A stretch of DNA of 64,000 nucleotides, taken from the NCBI GenBank assembly GCA_964567265.1, contig CAZMLK010000001.1, positions 164,710-228,709 of the forward strand. The letters run 5' to 3'. This DNA comes from an uncultured Candidatus Saccharibacteria bacterium (GTDB taxonomy: Bacteria; Patescibacteriota; Minisyncoccia; Phycocordibacterales; UBA12088). The translations under genes and the position numbers were made by a program. The notes under the pieces were generated by a model that searched no databases, was not told where the DNA came from, and saw nothing but the letters and a program-made list of their open reading frames with translations. Below are positions 48,721 to 58,911 of the stretch, in pieces. Numbering within the stretch: the stretch's first letter is position 1; each line of letters starts with the position of its first letter.

Positions 48721-49992
48721 ATGTTAGACATCACATTCATCCGCGAGAATCTCGACATCGTGAAGATGGCCGCCAAGAAGAAGCATGTCGAGGTCGACCT
48801 CGATCACCTCGCCGCGCTCGACGATAAGCGGAAATCTCTCCAGACTTCAATAGAAGCGAAGCGCGCGGAACAGAACGCTGCGAGCGACAAAGTGCAACGC
48901 GCGGCGACCCCGGAAGAGCGCCAGAAGATCATCGAGGAGATGCGGACTCTCAAGGATGCGATCGCGAAGGAAGAAGAGCTCCTGAAGCCGGTCTTGGAGG
49001 AGTGGCGGCTCATGATGGTGCAGGTACCGAATGTTCCCGATATGTCCGTCCCCGACGGCGACTCCGATGCCGACAATGTCGAAGTGCGGAAGGTGGGCGA
49101 CATTCCGGTTTTCGATTTCGATCCGAAAAGCCATGTCGATCTGATGACGAAGCTCGACATGCTCGACCTCGAGCGTGGCGTGAAGGTCGCCGGTTTCCGC
49201 GGCTACTTCCTAAAAGGGGATGGTGCCCGTCTCAACTTCGCGATCTGGCAGTTCGTGATGGACGAATTCTATAAGAAGGATTTTGTGCCGATCATCGTCC
49301 CGTCGATGGTTCGGAAGGAACCGTTCATCGGCACCGGCTACCTCCCGCAGAGCGAGGAGGATTTGTATAAGACGCAGGACGGCGACTATCTCGCTGGCAC
49401 CGCCGAAGTCGCGACAATGGGCTACTACATGGATGAGGTCATCGACAAGAGCATGCTTCCTCTGAAATTCTTTGCATTCTCTCCATGCTACCGCCGCGAG
49501 GCAGGAAGCCATGGCAAGGACACCCGCGGCATCATGCGCGTGCATGAGTTCTTCAAGTTCGAGCAGGTGGTCCTGTGCGAAGCGAAGCACGAGGAGTCGG
49601 TCAAGTTCCACGAGGAGCTGACCGACAATTCAGAGAAGCTCCTCCAGCTCCTCGGCGTGCCATACCACGTGGTCGTCAACTGCGGCGGCGACATCGGGCT
49701 CGGCCAGGTGAAGAAATATGACATCGAGGCGTGGGTGCCATCCGAAAAGAAATACCGTGAGACGCACTCCGCATCCTACTTCCATGATTTCCAGACGCGG
49801 CGCCTCAACATCCGCTACCGCGATGACGACGGCAAATTGCGCTTCGTGCATTCCCTCAATAACACCGCCGCGGCAACACCCCGTCTCCTCATCTCCATCA
49901 TCGAGAACAACCAGCGCGCGGACGGTTCCATCTATATCCCGGAGGTCCTCCAGAAGTACATGGGCAAGGCCGTGATCGAAGCGAAGAAATAA
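48721..49992 (+). CDS. serS: Seryl-tRNA synthetase
   Basis: N-terminal coiled-coil arm, class II motifs (FRGYFLKGDGARL, PCYRREAGSHGKDTRGIMRVHEF, GSIYIP), 423 aa. Confidence 0.95.
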   Translation: MLDITFIRENLDIVKMAAKKKHVEVDLDHLAALDDKRKSLQTSIEAKRAEQNAASDKVQRAATPEERQKIIEEMRTLKDAIAKEEELLKPVLEEWRLMMVQVPNVPDMSVPDGDSDADNVEVRKVGDIPVFDFDPKSHVDLMTKLDMLDLERGVKVAGFRGYFLKGDGARLNFAIWQFVMDEFYKKDFVPIIVPSMVRKEPFIGTGYLPQSEEDLYKTQDGDYLAGTAEVATMGYYMDEVIDKSMLPLKFFAFSPCYRREAGSHGKDTRGIMRVHEFFKFEQVVLCEAKHEESVKFHEELTDNSEKLLQLLGVPYHVVVNCGGDIGLGQVKKYDIEAWVPSEKKYRETHSASYFHDFQTRRLNIRYRDDDGKLRFVHSLNNTAAATPRLLISIIENNQRADGSIYIPEVLQKYMGKAVIEAKK

Positions 49993-50006
49993 TCAGCACT
50001 TTTAGA

Positions 50007-50897
50007 ATGGCAGTCATACGAAGAGCAGGAAGCGGGCCGAGGCGGCGGATCGAGCTCCACACCAAGGAGCGTGCCAAGCGCGTGCGCCAGAAGCGCATCC
50101 GCGTCGCGTGTTTCTGCGGCCTCGCCTTCGCGCTCGTTGTCAGCGGCGTCATCGGAGTACTCCATCTCGATGCGCTCCGCATCCAGAATGTCGCGATCGT
50201 CGGAGCTGACGCGCTTCCAGGGCGAGAGATCGAGCTCGCCGTCCGCGACAGCCTCGTGGGCTCCATCTTCTTCGCAGTCCCGAAGAACAACATCCTCTTT
50301 TATCCAAAGAAAACGATTGAGGAAAAGGTGCGGAACGCGTTCCCGGAAATCGCCTCGATCTCGACCAAGCTTTCCGACACCAAGACCCTCGCAATCACGG
50401 TCGCTCCTCGGAAATCGATCGGGGCGTGGTGCGACCGGAAAGGGAACCTCGGGTGCTTCTTCCTCGACGAGGAGGGCTACCTCTTCGCGCGTGCTCCCGA
50501 GATCACCGGAAACGTCTACTTCACCTACTCGGGCGATCTCGCCGACGGCAACGACACCGGGCTCCGCGGCCACTTCATGGACCGTGACGCTTTCAGCCGC
50601 CTCCGCGCATTCACGGATGCGGTCGAGAAGAGCGCAGGCCTCCGCGTCGTCGCGTTCGACCGGACATCGGAGGGCGAAGGCGCGCTCATGACCGACTCTG
50701 GGGCGAAGCTCCTCGTGAGCATCACGCAGGATTTCGCGGCGACCGAGCAGAACCTGGCATCGATCCTCGCGGCAAGCGCGCTCAAGGATCCCGCGGTCCG
50801 CTCCAACCTCGACTACATCGATCTCCGCTTCGGCAACAAGGTCTATTACAAGCTGAAAGGGAACACACCAACGCCAGCTCCAGCTGCAGAGGAGTAG
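50007..50897 (+). CDS. ftsQ: Cell division protein FtsQ/DivIB-like (POTRA domain)
   Basis: N-terminal TM then POTRA-like beta-alpha region; 296 aa. Confidence 0.6.
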   Translation: MAVIRRAGSGPRRRIELHTKERAKRVRQKRIRVACFCGLAFALVVSGVIGVLHLDALRIQNVAIVGADALPGREIELAVRDSLVGSIFFAVPKNNILFYPKKTIEEKVRNAFPEIASISTKLSDTKTLAITVAPRKSIGAWCDRKGNLGCFFLDEEGYLFARAPEITGNVYFTYSGDLADGNDTGLRGHFMDRDAFSRLRAFTDAVEKSAGLRVVAFDRTSEGEGALMTDSGAKLLVSITQDFAATEQNLASILAASALKDPAVRSNLDYIDLRFGNKVYYKLKGNTPTPAPAAEE

Positions 50898-51166
50898 GTT
50901 GACAAAAATAAATAAAGTTGTATTGTTTCCATGAGTTCGTTTCGCTGAAATGATTACCAATAAGTACGCTTTTTTGTTGCCGCGCGCGGCGCTGCCTGCA
51001 CGGGTTCCTTGAAAAACTTGCGATTGGTCATAGCGACGAGTGGCTCAAAACTTGGCCTTTTTTCGCTATGACCACACCGGCCATAGTTCCTCCTCGGATG
51101 AGAGGATTCTTTCCATCAGTGAGGTGGAAAGAGAAAATGGGCAACTGAGCCCAAGGAGATACAGTC

Positions 51167-51814
51167 GTGAGCACCGAATTCGCGTCCGCCGGCCTTACCG
51201 CTGGCCAACTCAACGCCATCGTTAAGAAACTTGGTGGCCACGAGAAGGCACTCGCCTTTCTTCGCGGAGAACTCTCGGTATCCGAACCAGCTCGTTCGTG
51301 GCGCGAGGAAGACGGCGTCATCTACTTCTCGGTCACATCCGACGGCACGACCGGCGAGGACTGGTTGAGGCGTCTGAAAGACAACGGTTTCCGAGTCGGA
51401 AGTGGCGCCCTGAGGGTGCTCCGTTCACCGGACTTCAAGCCGACCAATGGCGTGACGACCAAAGTCGCCGTTCTCAATGGCAACACGCTTGTCGAAGACG
51501 ACTTTCGATTTATATGCAGGATTCGCGCCGAGGCAAACAAACGCAAGCTCATCGTACCGAATGCAGAGGTAGCCTGCCTCATCCGTCTGAAGTTCAGGGA
51601 CAAGGAGATCGAAGCGATGGGTCTGAGGCACATCGTTGTCGTACATGAACGCATCAACGACTCCGAGGGTGTTCCGGCCTTGCTGTGCGCGCACCGTGCC
51701 GGCGCTGGTTGCTGGCTGGACGCGTCCTACGACGGACCTGACGGCGCGTGGTGTCGTGACATCGGATTCGCATTTGCCGTGTCGCAAGTCAGTTCGGAGG
51801 CCTGTCCTAGTTAG
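51167..51814 (+). CDS. Hypothetical protein (215 aa), isolated transcription unit
   Basis: GTG start with AAGGAG RBS; TTGACA-16-TATTGT promoter upstream and 26-bp-stem terminator downstream. Confidence 0.5.
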   Translation: MSTEFASAGLTAGQLNAIVKKLGGHEKALAFLRGELSVSEPARSWREEDGVIYFSVTSDGTTGEDWLRRLKDNGFRVGSGALRVLRSPDFKPTNGVTTKVAVLNGNTLVEDDFRFICRIRAEANKRKLIVPNAEVACLIRLKFRDKEIEAMGLRHIVVVHERINDSEGVPALLCAHRAGAGCWLDASYDGPDGAWCRDIGFAFAVSQVSSEACPS

Positions 51815-51837
51815 TTGTAGATGTAAAGTTCTTACAG

Positions 51838-51907
51838 TAAGGCCGCAGGTTGGAGGGACGCGCACTCGTGCGCGCTCCCACTCCAACCTGCGGCCTTTTC
51901 CTTTTCC
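51838..51907 (+). terminator. Very long-stem Rho-independent terminator
   Basis: ggccgcaggttggag...(inner gcgcgcac/gtgcgcgc)...ctccaacctgcggcc then ttttcctttt. Confidence 0.75.
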
Positions 51908-51974
51908 CGGCACATGGCAGCTCGGGAAAACCCGTTCGCGGGAAGGGAACGGCGCATTGTATACTGGATAGGCA

Positions 51975-52358
51975 ATGACCCCCGTCTTTTTCTACTACAC
52001 GCTCTGGCATTACAGCCGCGCGCCGCGTGACATCCTCCGCATTTGGATGAACTTCCTCTGGTTCTTCTACAACTTCTTCTCGATCCCGCTCCTCCTCTTG
52101 TCACTCTTCGCGCCGTGGGAACGCATGGATGAAAGCTACAAGAAAGGACTCGACCTCGGCGCGATCGGCGAGACCATCATCGTCAACATGCTGATGCGCA
52201 TCGTCGGCTTCGTCGTCCGCATCTTCACCATCGCGCTTGGCACCACCGCGCTCATCGCAGTCTTTGTGGGCGGACTCGCGTTCTTCCTCTTCTGGCTCAT
52301 GGCGCCGGTCATGCTGGTCGCGCTCCTTGCTATCGGCGCCTATCTCGTCATCTCATAA
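51975..52358 (+). CDS. Small polytopic membrane protein (127 aa), 3 nt upstream of Clp-like ATPase
   Basis: Four hydrophobic helices; tight spacing to next gene. Confidence 0.5.
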   Translation: MTPVFFYYTLWHYSRAPRDILRIWMNFLWFFYNFFSIPLLLLSLFAPWERMDESYKKGLDLGAIGETIIVNMLMRIVGFVVRIFTIALGTTALIAVFVGGLAFFLFWLMAPVMLVALLAIGAYLVIS

Positions 52359-52360
52359 TC

Positions 52361-54832
52361 ATGACTTTCCGCGCATTCCAAGAATCAGTCGGGCGGAGCT
52401 TCGGGCCGGTGATCGCGCTCAATCGCGCGCTCCCTCTGCATCAGCGCCGCCAGATCGAGCACATTCTCGACGGCATCCTGGCGCTCACGTTCGCGGGCAT
52501 CCTTTTTTCAATACTTTCAGCGACGCTCTCGGCCCACGTCTCCGCCATTCCTGGCCTCGCATTCTTCGAGGCGTATGCGCGGAAGCTCTACGGCATCTTT
52601 CTGATCGCGCTCTCGGTACGGGCCGCATTCTCGTTCGTCGAATCATTCTTCCGCTCGTATCATTTCCGCGGGCTCGAGACCATCCTCAAGGAACAGGGCA
52701 CCGACGAGCGTCTCCCGACCAGCTACGAAGTCGCGGCGCTCATTTCCGCATCGCGCGAGGATGATCTCATCGGCGGCTTCTTCCAGTCTGAATACGGGCA
52801 GGAAGTCGCGCTCCGTGCCGGGCTCCATGAGGAGCAGGTCATGCAATTCCTCGACTCCCGCAACCATTCGCTCTCGCGTGCGACGATGGTCGTGACTGAA
52901 CCAGTCACGCTTCCGTCCTACGCATCCGACCTCGTGAAGTCGGACGCCGATTTCTCGCAGTTCCTACGGGACAGCGGAGTCACCGACGAGCTTTTCATAA
53001 AGACAGCTGAATGGGTGGAGCGGCTCCATGCCGAAGAGCGCTACCACAAGCGCTGGTGGTCCATGGACAATCTCGGCCGTATCCCATCGGTCGGCAAGAA
53101 TTGGTCATACGGCCAGGTGCGTGCACTGGAGCGATACGCCCGCGCGATCCGTGAGGATCCGGTGTACCAGGCGACTGCCGACCGCGCATTCGAGCACGAC
53201 GAGACCCTGAAGCGCCTTGAGGCGATCCTCGCGCGCGGCCGCGAAGCGAACGCGCTCCTCGTGGGGGAGGCGGGCACCGGCGTGCTTGAGACTATCGCGC
53301 GCCTTGGGCATGCGATCGAGGACGGGACTGCGCTCCCGCAGCTCGAAGCCAAGCGCCTCTATCTCCTCGACGGCAACGCGCTTATCGCCGCGACCCGCGA
53401 GAAAGGAGCATTTGAAGCCGCGTTCCACGAAAGCATGAAGGAATCCATCCGCGTCGGGAACATCATCCTCGGCATCGAGAATTTCCCGCTCTTCGTCGAG
53501 AGCGCGAAGGCGCTCGGCTCGAATCCCGTCGATCTCCTCGGCCCGTATCTCCGGAGCGACCGCATGCAGTTCATCGCGACCTCCGACCTCGGCGACTACC
53601 ATCGCGTGCTCGAATCGAACGGCCTTTTCATGGAGCTCTTCGAGAAGATCATGATCGAGGAAGCGGGCGGTGAAACACTGATGCGGCTTCTCGGGAAAGT
53701 GGCGCTCGAGCTCGAATACCATGCGGGCGTCCTCGTGACCTATCCGGCACTCAAGGAAATCGCTGATGGTGCTGATCGGTATATGACCGATGGCGTGATG
53801 CCGGACAAGGCGATCGATCTCCTCTCCGAAGTCATCCCGAACGCGCGTGCCGAAGGGAAGCATGTCGTCGAGCGATCCGACGTGCTCGCGCTTATCTCAT
53901 CAAAGACCGGCGTTCCGCTCGGCGAAGTCTCGACGGCGGAACAGGCCACACTCCTTAATCTCGAGAAGATCCTCCATGACCGGGTGATCGGCCAAGACGG
54001 CGCAGTCTCTGGTGTCGCGAACGCGATGCGTCGCGCGCGTGCTGGGATCCAGAATCCGAAGCGCCCGATCGGCTCGTTCCTGTTCCTCGGACCGACTGGC
54101 GTCGGAAAGACCGAGACAACGAAGGCGCTCGCTGCCGTCTTCTTCAAGGACGAGGATGCGATGATCCGCCTCGACATGTCTGAATACAAAGGTCCGGACG
54201 CGCTCGAGCGGCTCATCGGCTCGTTCGGTACCGGCAAATCCGGCGTGCTCGCCTCGAAGCTTCGCGAGAAGCCGTACGCCGTCCTCCTCCTCGATGAGTT
54301 CGAGAAGGCGACCAGCGAGGCGCATGACCTCTTCCTCCAGATACTCGATGAAGGCAAGTTCAAGGATGCGAGCGGCAAGGAAGTGAATGCCCGGAACACC
54401 ATCATCATCGCGACCTCGAACGCCGCGAGCGACAAGATCTGGGACTACTTCAAGCAGGGAGTCGAGATCGCCGGCAAGGAACGCGAGATCATCGATGCGA
54501 TCGTCGAGCGGAAGATATTCAAGCCTGAGCTCCTGAACCGTTTCGATGGCGTCATCGTCTTCCATCCGCTCGGCGAAGCCGACATCGCGAAGATCGCCCG
54601 CCTCATGCTCGAGAAGCTTTCGAAGCGGCTCAAGGAGCGCGGCATCGAGCTCGTGGTGACCGAGCCCCTGGTCGCGTATCTCGCGAAGGTCGGCTACGAT
54701 CCGCAGTTCGGCGCCCGCCCGATGGCACGCGCCATCCAGGAGAAGATCGAGCAGGTGGTCGCTGACCGCATGCTCCAGGGCTCTATCAAATCGGGCTCAC
54801 GCGTCGAGCTTACCGAAGCGGATCTCAAATAA
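52361..54832 (+). CDS. Clp/Hsp100-family AAA+ protein with hydrophobic N-terminal region and degenerate first ATPase domain
   Basis: D1 Walker A reads GEAGTGVLE (no Lys) and Walker B reads LLDGNAL; D2 intact ([18 protein letters not shown]); C-terminal D2-small domain. Confidence 0.8.
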   Translation: MTFRAFQESVGRSFGPVIALNRALPLHQRRQIEHILDGILALTFAGILFSILSATLSAHVSAIPGLAFFEAYARKLYGIFLIALSVRAAFSFVESFFRSYHFRGLETILKEQGTDERLPTSYEVAALISASREDDLIGGFFQSEYGQEVALRAGLHEEQVMQFLDSRNHSLSRATMVVTEPVTLPSYASDLVKSDADFSQFLRDSGVTDELFIKTAEWVERLHAEERYHKRWWSMDNLGRIPSVGKNWSYGQVRALERYARAIREDPVYQATADRAFEHDETLKRLEAILARGREANALLVGEAGTGVLETIARLGHAIEDGTALPQLEAKRLYLLDGNALIAATREKGAFEAAFHESMKESIRVGNIILGIENFPLFVESAKALGSNPVDLLGPYLRSDRMQFIATSDLGDYHRVLESNGLFMELFEKIMIEEAGGETLMRLLGKVALELEYHAGVLVTYPALKEIADGADRYMTDGVMPDKAIDLLSEVIPNARAEGKHVVERSDVLALISSKTGVPLGEVSTAEQATLLNLEKILHDRVIGQDGAVSGVANAMRRARAGIQNPKRPIGSFLFLGPTGVGKTETTKALAAVFFKDEDAMIRLDMSEYKGPDALERLIGSFGTGKSGVLASKLREKPYAVLLLDEFEKATSEAHDLFLQILDEGKFKDASGKEVNARNTIIIATSNAASDKIWDYFKQGVEIAGKEREIIDAIVERKIFKPELLNRFDGVIVFHPLGEADIAKIARLMLEKLSKRLKERGIELVVTEPLVAYLAKVGYDPQFGARPMARAIQEKIEQVVADRMLQGSIKSGSRVELTEADLK

Positions 54833-54835
54833 AAA

Positions 54836-54866
54836 AACAGGGGCACCGCAGTGCCCCTGTTCAATG
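54836..54866. terminator. Terminator hairpin between convergent genes
   Basis: caggggcac-cgca-gtgcccctg flanked by an A7 tract (acts as a T-tract for the minus-strand gene). Confidence 0.55.
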
Positions 54867-54871
54867 CTGCG

Positions 54872-55177
54872 TCAATCAGCGTCCTCCACTTGATCGATGA
54901 CCCCTCTGCAGTACTCGACGAACTTCGGGTCAGGATCGGCGCCCTCGCTCATCAGGTCCCCGTAGTGTTCCCCCAGTATCACATTGCCGTAGAAGCCGGT
55001 CGCGAGCGCCGTGACGGATAGATGCGACATGCGTGCCGCGAGATGCACGGTATCCATCCCAGAGCGTGTTCTCCTCGCAAGCCCTGGAATCTCGTATACG
55101 CTGGACATCAGGTTCTCCCTGTGCGATTTCAAAAACATAATCGAGCATGCACACATGCATGTCAAGGGTCGGTTCAT
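54872..55177 (-). CDS. Hypothetical protein (101 aa)
   Basis: ORF with terminator downstream; weak support. Confidence 0.3.
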   Translation of the reverse strand: MNRPLTCMCACSIMFLKSHRENLMSSVYEIPGLARRTRSGMDTVHLAARMSHLSVTALATGFYGNVILGEHYGDLMSEGADPDPKFVEYCRGVIDQVEDAD

Positions 55178-55198
55178 TGCGTAACGAAAAAGGAGGGC

Positions 55199-55540
55199 CT
55201 AGGGCCCTCCTTCCACGACAGTCAGTTGTATTTTCTTGCCCGGCGATTCAGTGAACGACGCTGCCATGTGTTCCAATTGGAGGACGATGGGCTCGGGAAG
55301 CGTTCCCCAGAGCTTCCACCATTCGTAGATCTCTTTGATTCTTTTTCGAGGCAGATTGAAACCTGGAAGAATCATATCCACCAACTCGCTCGGAGGAACC
55401 ACGTCGCCGCGGGTGGTATCGACATTGAACGCGTGATAGAGAGTCTCGTGCGCGAGCACCCTCCACGGAGGATCGTTGTCATTCGCGAGTTCGATATCGT
55501 CGAATCCTAGGTCGTCGGGGAATGGATGGCCGTCACTCAT
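55199..55540 (-). CDS. Hypothetical protein (113 aa)
   Basis: ORF ending in hairpin + T-tract terminator (55189-55213). Confidence 0.4.
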   Translation of the reverse strand: MSDGHPFPDDLGFDDIELANDNDPPWRVLAHETLYHAFNVDTTRGDVVPPSELVDMILPGFNLPRKRIKEIYEWWKLWGTLPEPIVLQLEHMAASFTESPGKKIQLTVVEGGP

Positions 55541-56024
55541 GGAAGTGTCTCCGTGCTATAAATGCTTTCAATATAATCCATCACGGATTAGTTATTGTCA
55601 AGTCGTACGCAAAATGCTCGGGAATAGAAAACGAGGAGGGTACTCCTCCTCGTTCTCGACGGTTAAACTGCGAACATTCTGTGGAATGCGTCCTCGGAGG
55701 CTTCCGTTGCTGGGTCGCGCCAGTAACTCGAATCTCTGAGTCGCGCGGGATCTCGCATGGGCTTGGAGGGCGTCAGTTCATCCGGCTCTTCGGGCGTGTT
55801 CGGGACGCTGGAACCGGCTCGTGCCCGCTGCTGCGCTTGCTGCATGAGCGTAAATCGTTGCTGCAAATCACTTCTATCGGTACCCATCGGAAATCTCCTT
55901 CGTCCGGGTTACTAGCTACCATAACTGTGCTCCTCCTTATGAATCTCGTCAATGAAGGAAATGTGAACAAGTCGCGTCAAACGGTGACACTTTCTCTTCG
56001 AGTGTCAAGATGCTACAGTGCGGC

Positions 56025-57015
56025 TATGCAGGGATTTTGGAAAAACCTCAAGAAGCCAATCATGGCGCTCGCGCCGATGGCTGACGTCACTGACGCGGCC
56101 TTTCGTCGTGTCATCGCGAAATATGGCAAGCCGGACGTCATGTGGACGGAATTCGTCTCCGCCGACGGCCTCTATCACACGCGAGAGATCCAGGGTCTTC
56201 CCGACTCCGAGAATCCGCTGATGCAGGATCTGCTCTACTCTGAAGCAGAGCGCCCGATCGTCGCGCAGTTCTTCACCGCGAAGCCTGAGATGATGGAGTA
56301 CGCCGCGAACCTCGCGCGCGAGCTCGGATTCGATGGCATCGACATCAACATGGGCTGCCCGGACCGCTCGATCGAGAAGCAGCAGGCAGGTGCCGCGATG
56401 ATCAAGAACCCGGACCAGGCCCTCGCGGTCCTCGCCGCGGCGAAACGGGGCGCCGGCGATGTGCCTGTCTCGGTCAAGACGCGTATCGGCTACGCGAAAC
56501 GCGAAGAGCTTGAGGCGTGGCTTCCAAAGATTCTGTCTGGGAAGCCGGCGGTACTGACCTTGCACGCGCGCACTCGGAACGAAATGTCCGATGTTCCGGC
56601 GAGGTGGGAACATGTCGCGCGGGCAGTCGAGATCCGAAATGAGATTTCTCCGGAGACGCTCATCCTCGGGAATGGGGACGTCATGTCGCTCGATGAGGCG
56701 GATGTACGCATACAGGAGACGGGAGCTGACGGCGTCATGATCGGACGCGGCATCTTCGGCAATCCGTGGCGGTTTAATCCAAAAACACGAATCGAGCTCG
56801 TTCCGCTTAAGGAGCGCTTCCGCGTCATGATCGAACACACTCGGCTCTTCACCGAGCTCCTTCCCAAAAAGAATTTCGCCATAATGAAGAAGCATTACAA
56901 AGCGTATGTGAACGGCTTCGACGGCGCCAAGGAACTCCGGGTCAAGCTCATGGAGGCGGGAAGCGTCGAAGAGATTGAACTCGGCGCGAGGGAATTTCTT
57001 GCTAAACGACCATAG
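56025..57015 (+). CDS. tRNA-dihydrouridine synthase (Dus family)
   Basis: LAPMADVTDAAFR, FMN-binding TIM-barrel motifs, catalytic Cys in INMGCP; trimmed from a 497-aa ORF to MQGFWKN. Confidence 0.85.
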
Positions 57016-57090
57016 AGGTGATTCCTCCCTGCGTTGACGCAGGGCTGATCGATAGATATATTCATATGAGCCACAGTCAAGGAAGCTTCC

Positions 57091-57405
57091 ATGTCCTGCA
57101 CTCGCGAACCGCAGTGGGAAATCATCCGCCCTACGCGTCAAGATTGGGATTCCTTCATCGCATCGCTCGAGATTGAGTCACATCTACGCCCATTGTCCGA
57201 TGCTCGTCGCTTCATACGAAGGAAAGGACGAAGTTCACGCATTGATCCGCTTTGGAACCGCCTCTTGTATTCGGAAGGATGCGAAAGTCCCGAGAACGTT
57301 ATGCCACGTCCGTGCAGTGAGGAACTTGCAGACAGGCTCCAGCAGATTCGCAAATATGGTCGATTTCTGCGTCGTAAGCAGAACCATGGCAAAGCCCATG
57401 GATAG
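57091..57405 (+). CDS. Hypothetical protein (104 aa)
   Basis: ORF followed by terminator hairpin 57445-57490. Confidence 0.35.
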   Translation: MSCTREPQWEIIRPTRQDWDSFIASLEIESHLRPLSDARRFIRRKGRSSRIDPLWNRLLYSEGCESPENVMPRPCSEELADRLQQIRKYGRFLRRKQNHGKAHG

Positions 57406-57506
57406 AAGTTGGTAACGTTTCTGCGACGTTAGGAAAATCTGATCCCAGCCCGCCGAAGTGCTTTCAGCACTTCGGCGGGCTTTCACTTGTCCCCAGGCAT
57501 TTTCAT

Positions 57507-57863
57507 GTGATTGTCACCTCCGCCCGTTATACTTATGTGGTGGACCAAGTTCTTCAGACGAACATCTTCTTCTATATAACGTCAGTGGCGGTCGTCATCG
57601 TGACGGTCCTCCTCGCGGTCGCGCTCTACTACATCATCGGCATCCTTGAGGATATCCGCGATGTCACGGATCGGGTGCGCCGCGGCAGCGAAGTATTCGC
57701 TGAAGATCTGAACGGGCTCCGCGACAATATAAAAGAAGAGGGTGCACGGGTTCGCCACTTCGCGCAGTTCATAGGAAAATATGCCGGATGGTATCCGGAC
57801 GAAAAAACCAAAGCGAAGCGAACGCGAAAGAAGAAGTCCGAGGAGTCGGGAAACGCTTCATAG
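57507..57863 (+). CDS. Small TM + coiled-coil protein (DUF948-like architecture), hypothetical
   Basis: Single N-terminal TM helix followed by charged helical region; basic C-terminus. Confidence 0.4.
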   Translation: MIVTSARYTYVVDQVLQTNIFFYITSVAVVIVTVLLAVALYYIIGILEDIRDVTDRVRRGSEVFAEDLNGLRDNIKEEGARVRHFAQFIGKYAGWYPDEKTKAKRTRKKKSEESGNAS

Positions 57864-57900
57864 GAAAGGCAGCAAGACTTTATTTAACAGAACGTAAGTA

Positions 57901-58359
57901 TTGAGTATGAAGAAAGCGACTAAGGGGACATTGGTGAAGGCCGCAGCCGCAGGCACTGCCGTCGCAGCAGCCGGCGCAGCAAGCGCCTACTATTTCTATG
58001 GTGCGAAAGACGCGAAGAAGCACCGCAAGCAGGCAGCAGCCTGGATGGTGAAGGCGGAGAAGGAGATCAAGGATCAGGCGGGGAAGCTCAAGGCTGCCGC
58101 GCTCAATGAGAAGAACTACAAGCAGATCGTCGGCGCCGTCTCGAAGAAGTACCAGGCGCTCCAGAAGCTCGACAAGAAGGACGTCGCTTCATTCGTGAAG
58201 GGCCTCGAGTCTGAGTGGAAGGGCATGAAGAGCGCGGCGGCGAAGTCTACGGCACCAGCAAAGAAGGCGGTAAAGAAGGTAGTCGCTGACGCAAAGAAGG
58301 ATGTAAAGAAAATCGTCAAGAAAGCAGCTCCGAAGAAGGTTGTCGCGAAGAAGAAATAA
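57901..58359 (+). CDS. Lys/Ala-rich basic protein with histone H1-like C-terminal tail
   Basis: KKAVKKVVADAKKDVKKIVKKAAPKKVVAKKK tail, N-terminal hydrophobic Ala/Gly segment; terminator 58379-58409. Confidence 0.5.
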   Translation: MSMKKATKGTLVKAAAAGTAVAAAGAASAYYFYGAKDAKKHRKQAAAWMVKAEKEIKDQAGKLKAAALNEKNYKQIVGAVSKKYQALQKLDKKDVASFVKGLESEWKGMKSAAAKSTAPAKKAVKKVVADAKKDVKKIVKKAAPKKVVAKKK

Positions 58360-58498
58360 ATCCGATTCCAGCATGCAAAACGCCGCCCCTCCTGGGGCGG
58401 CGTTTTGGTTACGCTGCCATACTTGACGTACATATATACCTATCGTATTGTCCACAACAGATTGCAATGAGCCATTCGCAATGGAAAGGAGGCCCTGC

Positions 58499-58849
58499 AT
58501 GTCCACCATGGACGAAGCAATCGCCGTTGCCATCCTGGCTCTCGGGCTGTCCTACTTCACAGGACTCGCGGGTGAGAGTTACGGCGAACAGAACTACACG
58601 CATGCGCTGTTTGGAATAGTCATCTTCGCGCATGCGTACCTGCGCCGCCGCGTGAGCAGCATTCCGATTTCTGGACGTACGGTAAACGATATCCAGACGG
58701 TCGACGGCTTCTTTCTCATCGTCTACGGGACCTACGCGCTCTTGTACGGGGATTTCTCGAGACTCCACGAGATCGCGGATCTGGTCCAGCGCTCAGTCGG
58801 GTGGGGATGCGTGTTTGCTGGCCTGGTATTCCTGGCATCTCGCAGGTAG
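58499..58849 (+). CDS. Small membrane protein (hypothetical)
   Basis: GGAGG RBS 7 nt upstream of ATG; 3 hydrophobic helices. Confidence 0.45.
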   Translation: MSTMDEAIAVAILALGLSYFTGLAGESYGEQNYTHALFGIVIFAHAYLRRRVSSIPISGRTVNDIQTVDGFFLIVYGTYALLYGDFSRLHEIADLVQRSVGWGCVFAGLVFLASRR

Positions 58850-58911
58850 TGCCTGCTGCGTACGCTCCTCGAAATACACACTTGCGTAGCCACCTTCCAA
58901 AGGAACTTGTG

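Noticed and set aside
49932-50960. 342-aa minus-strand ORF
   Set aside because: Antisense to ftsQ/serS end. No RBS.
53105-54565. Minus-strand ORFs of 220-250 aa
   Set aside because: Antisense to the Clp-like ATPase gene.
55522-56024. N-terminal 168-aa extension of the 497-aa ORF containing dus
   Set aside because: Extension has no similarity to Dus, overlaps convergent minus-strand ORFs and lacks an RBS. Dus homology begins at MQGFWKN (56025).
56005-57141. 378-aa minus-strand ORF
   Set aside because: Antisense to the dus gene.
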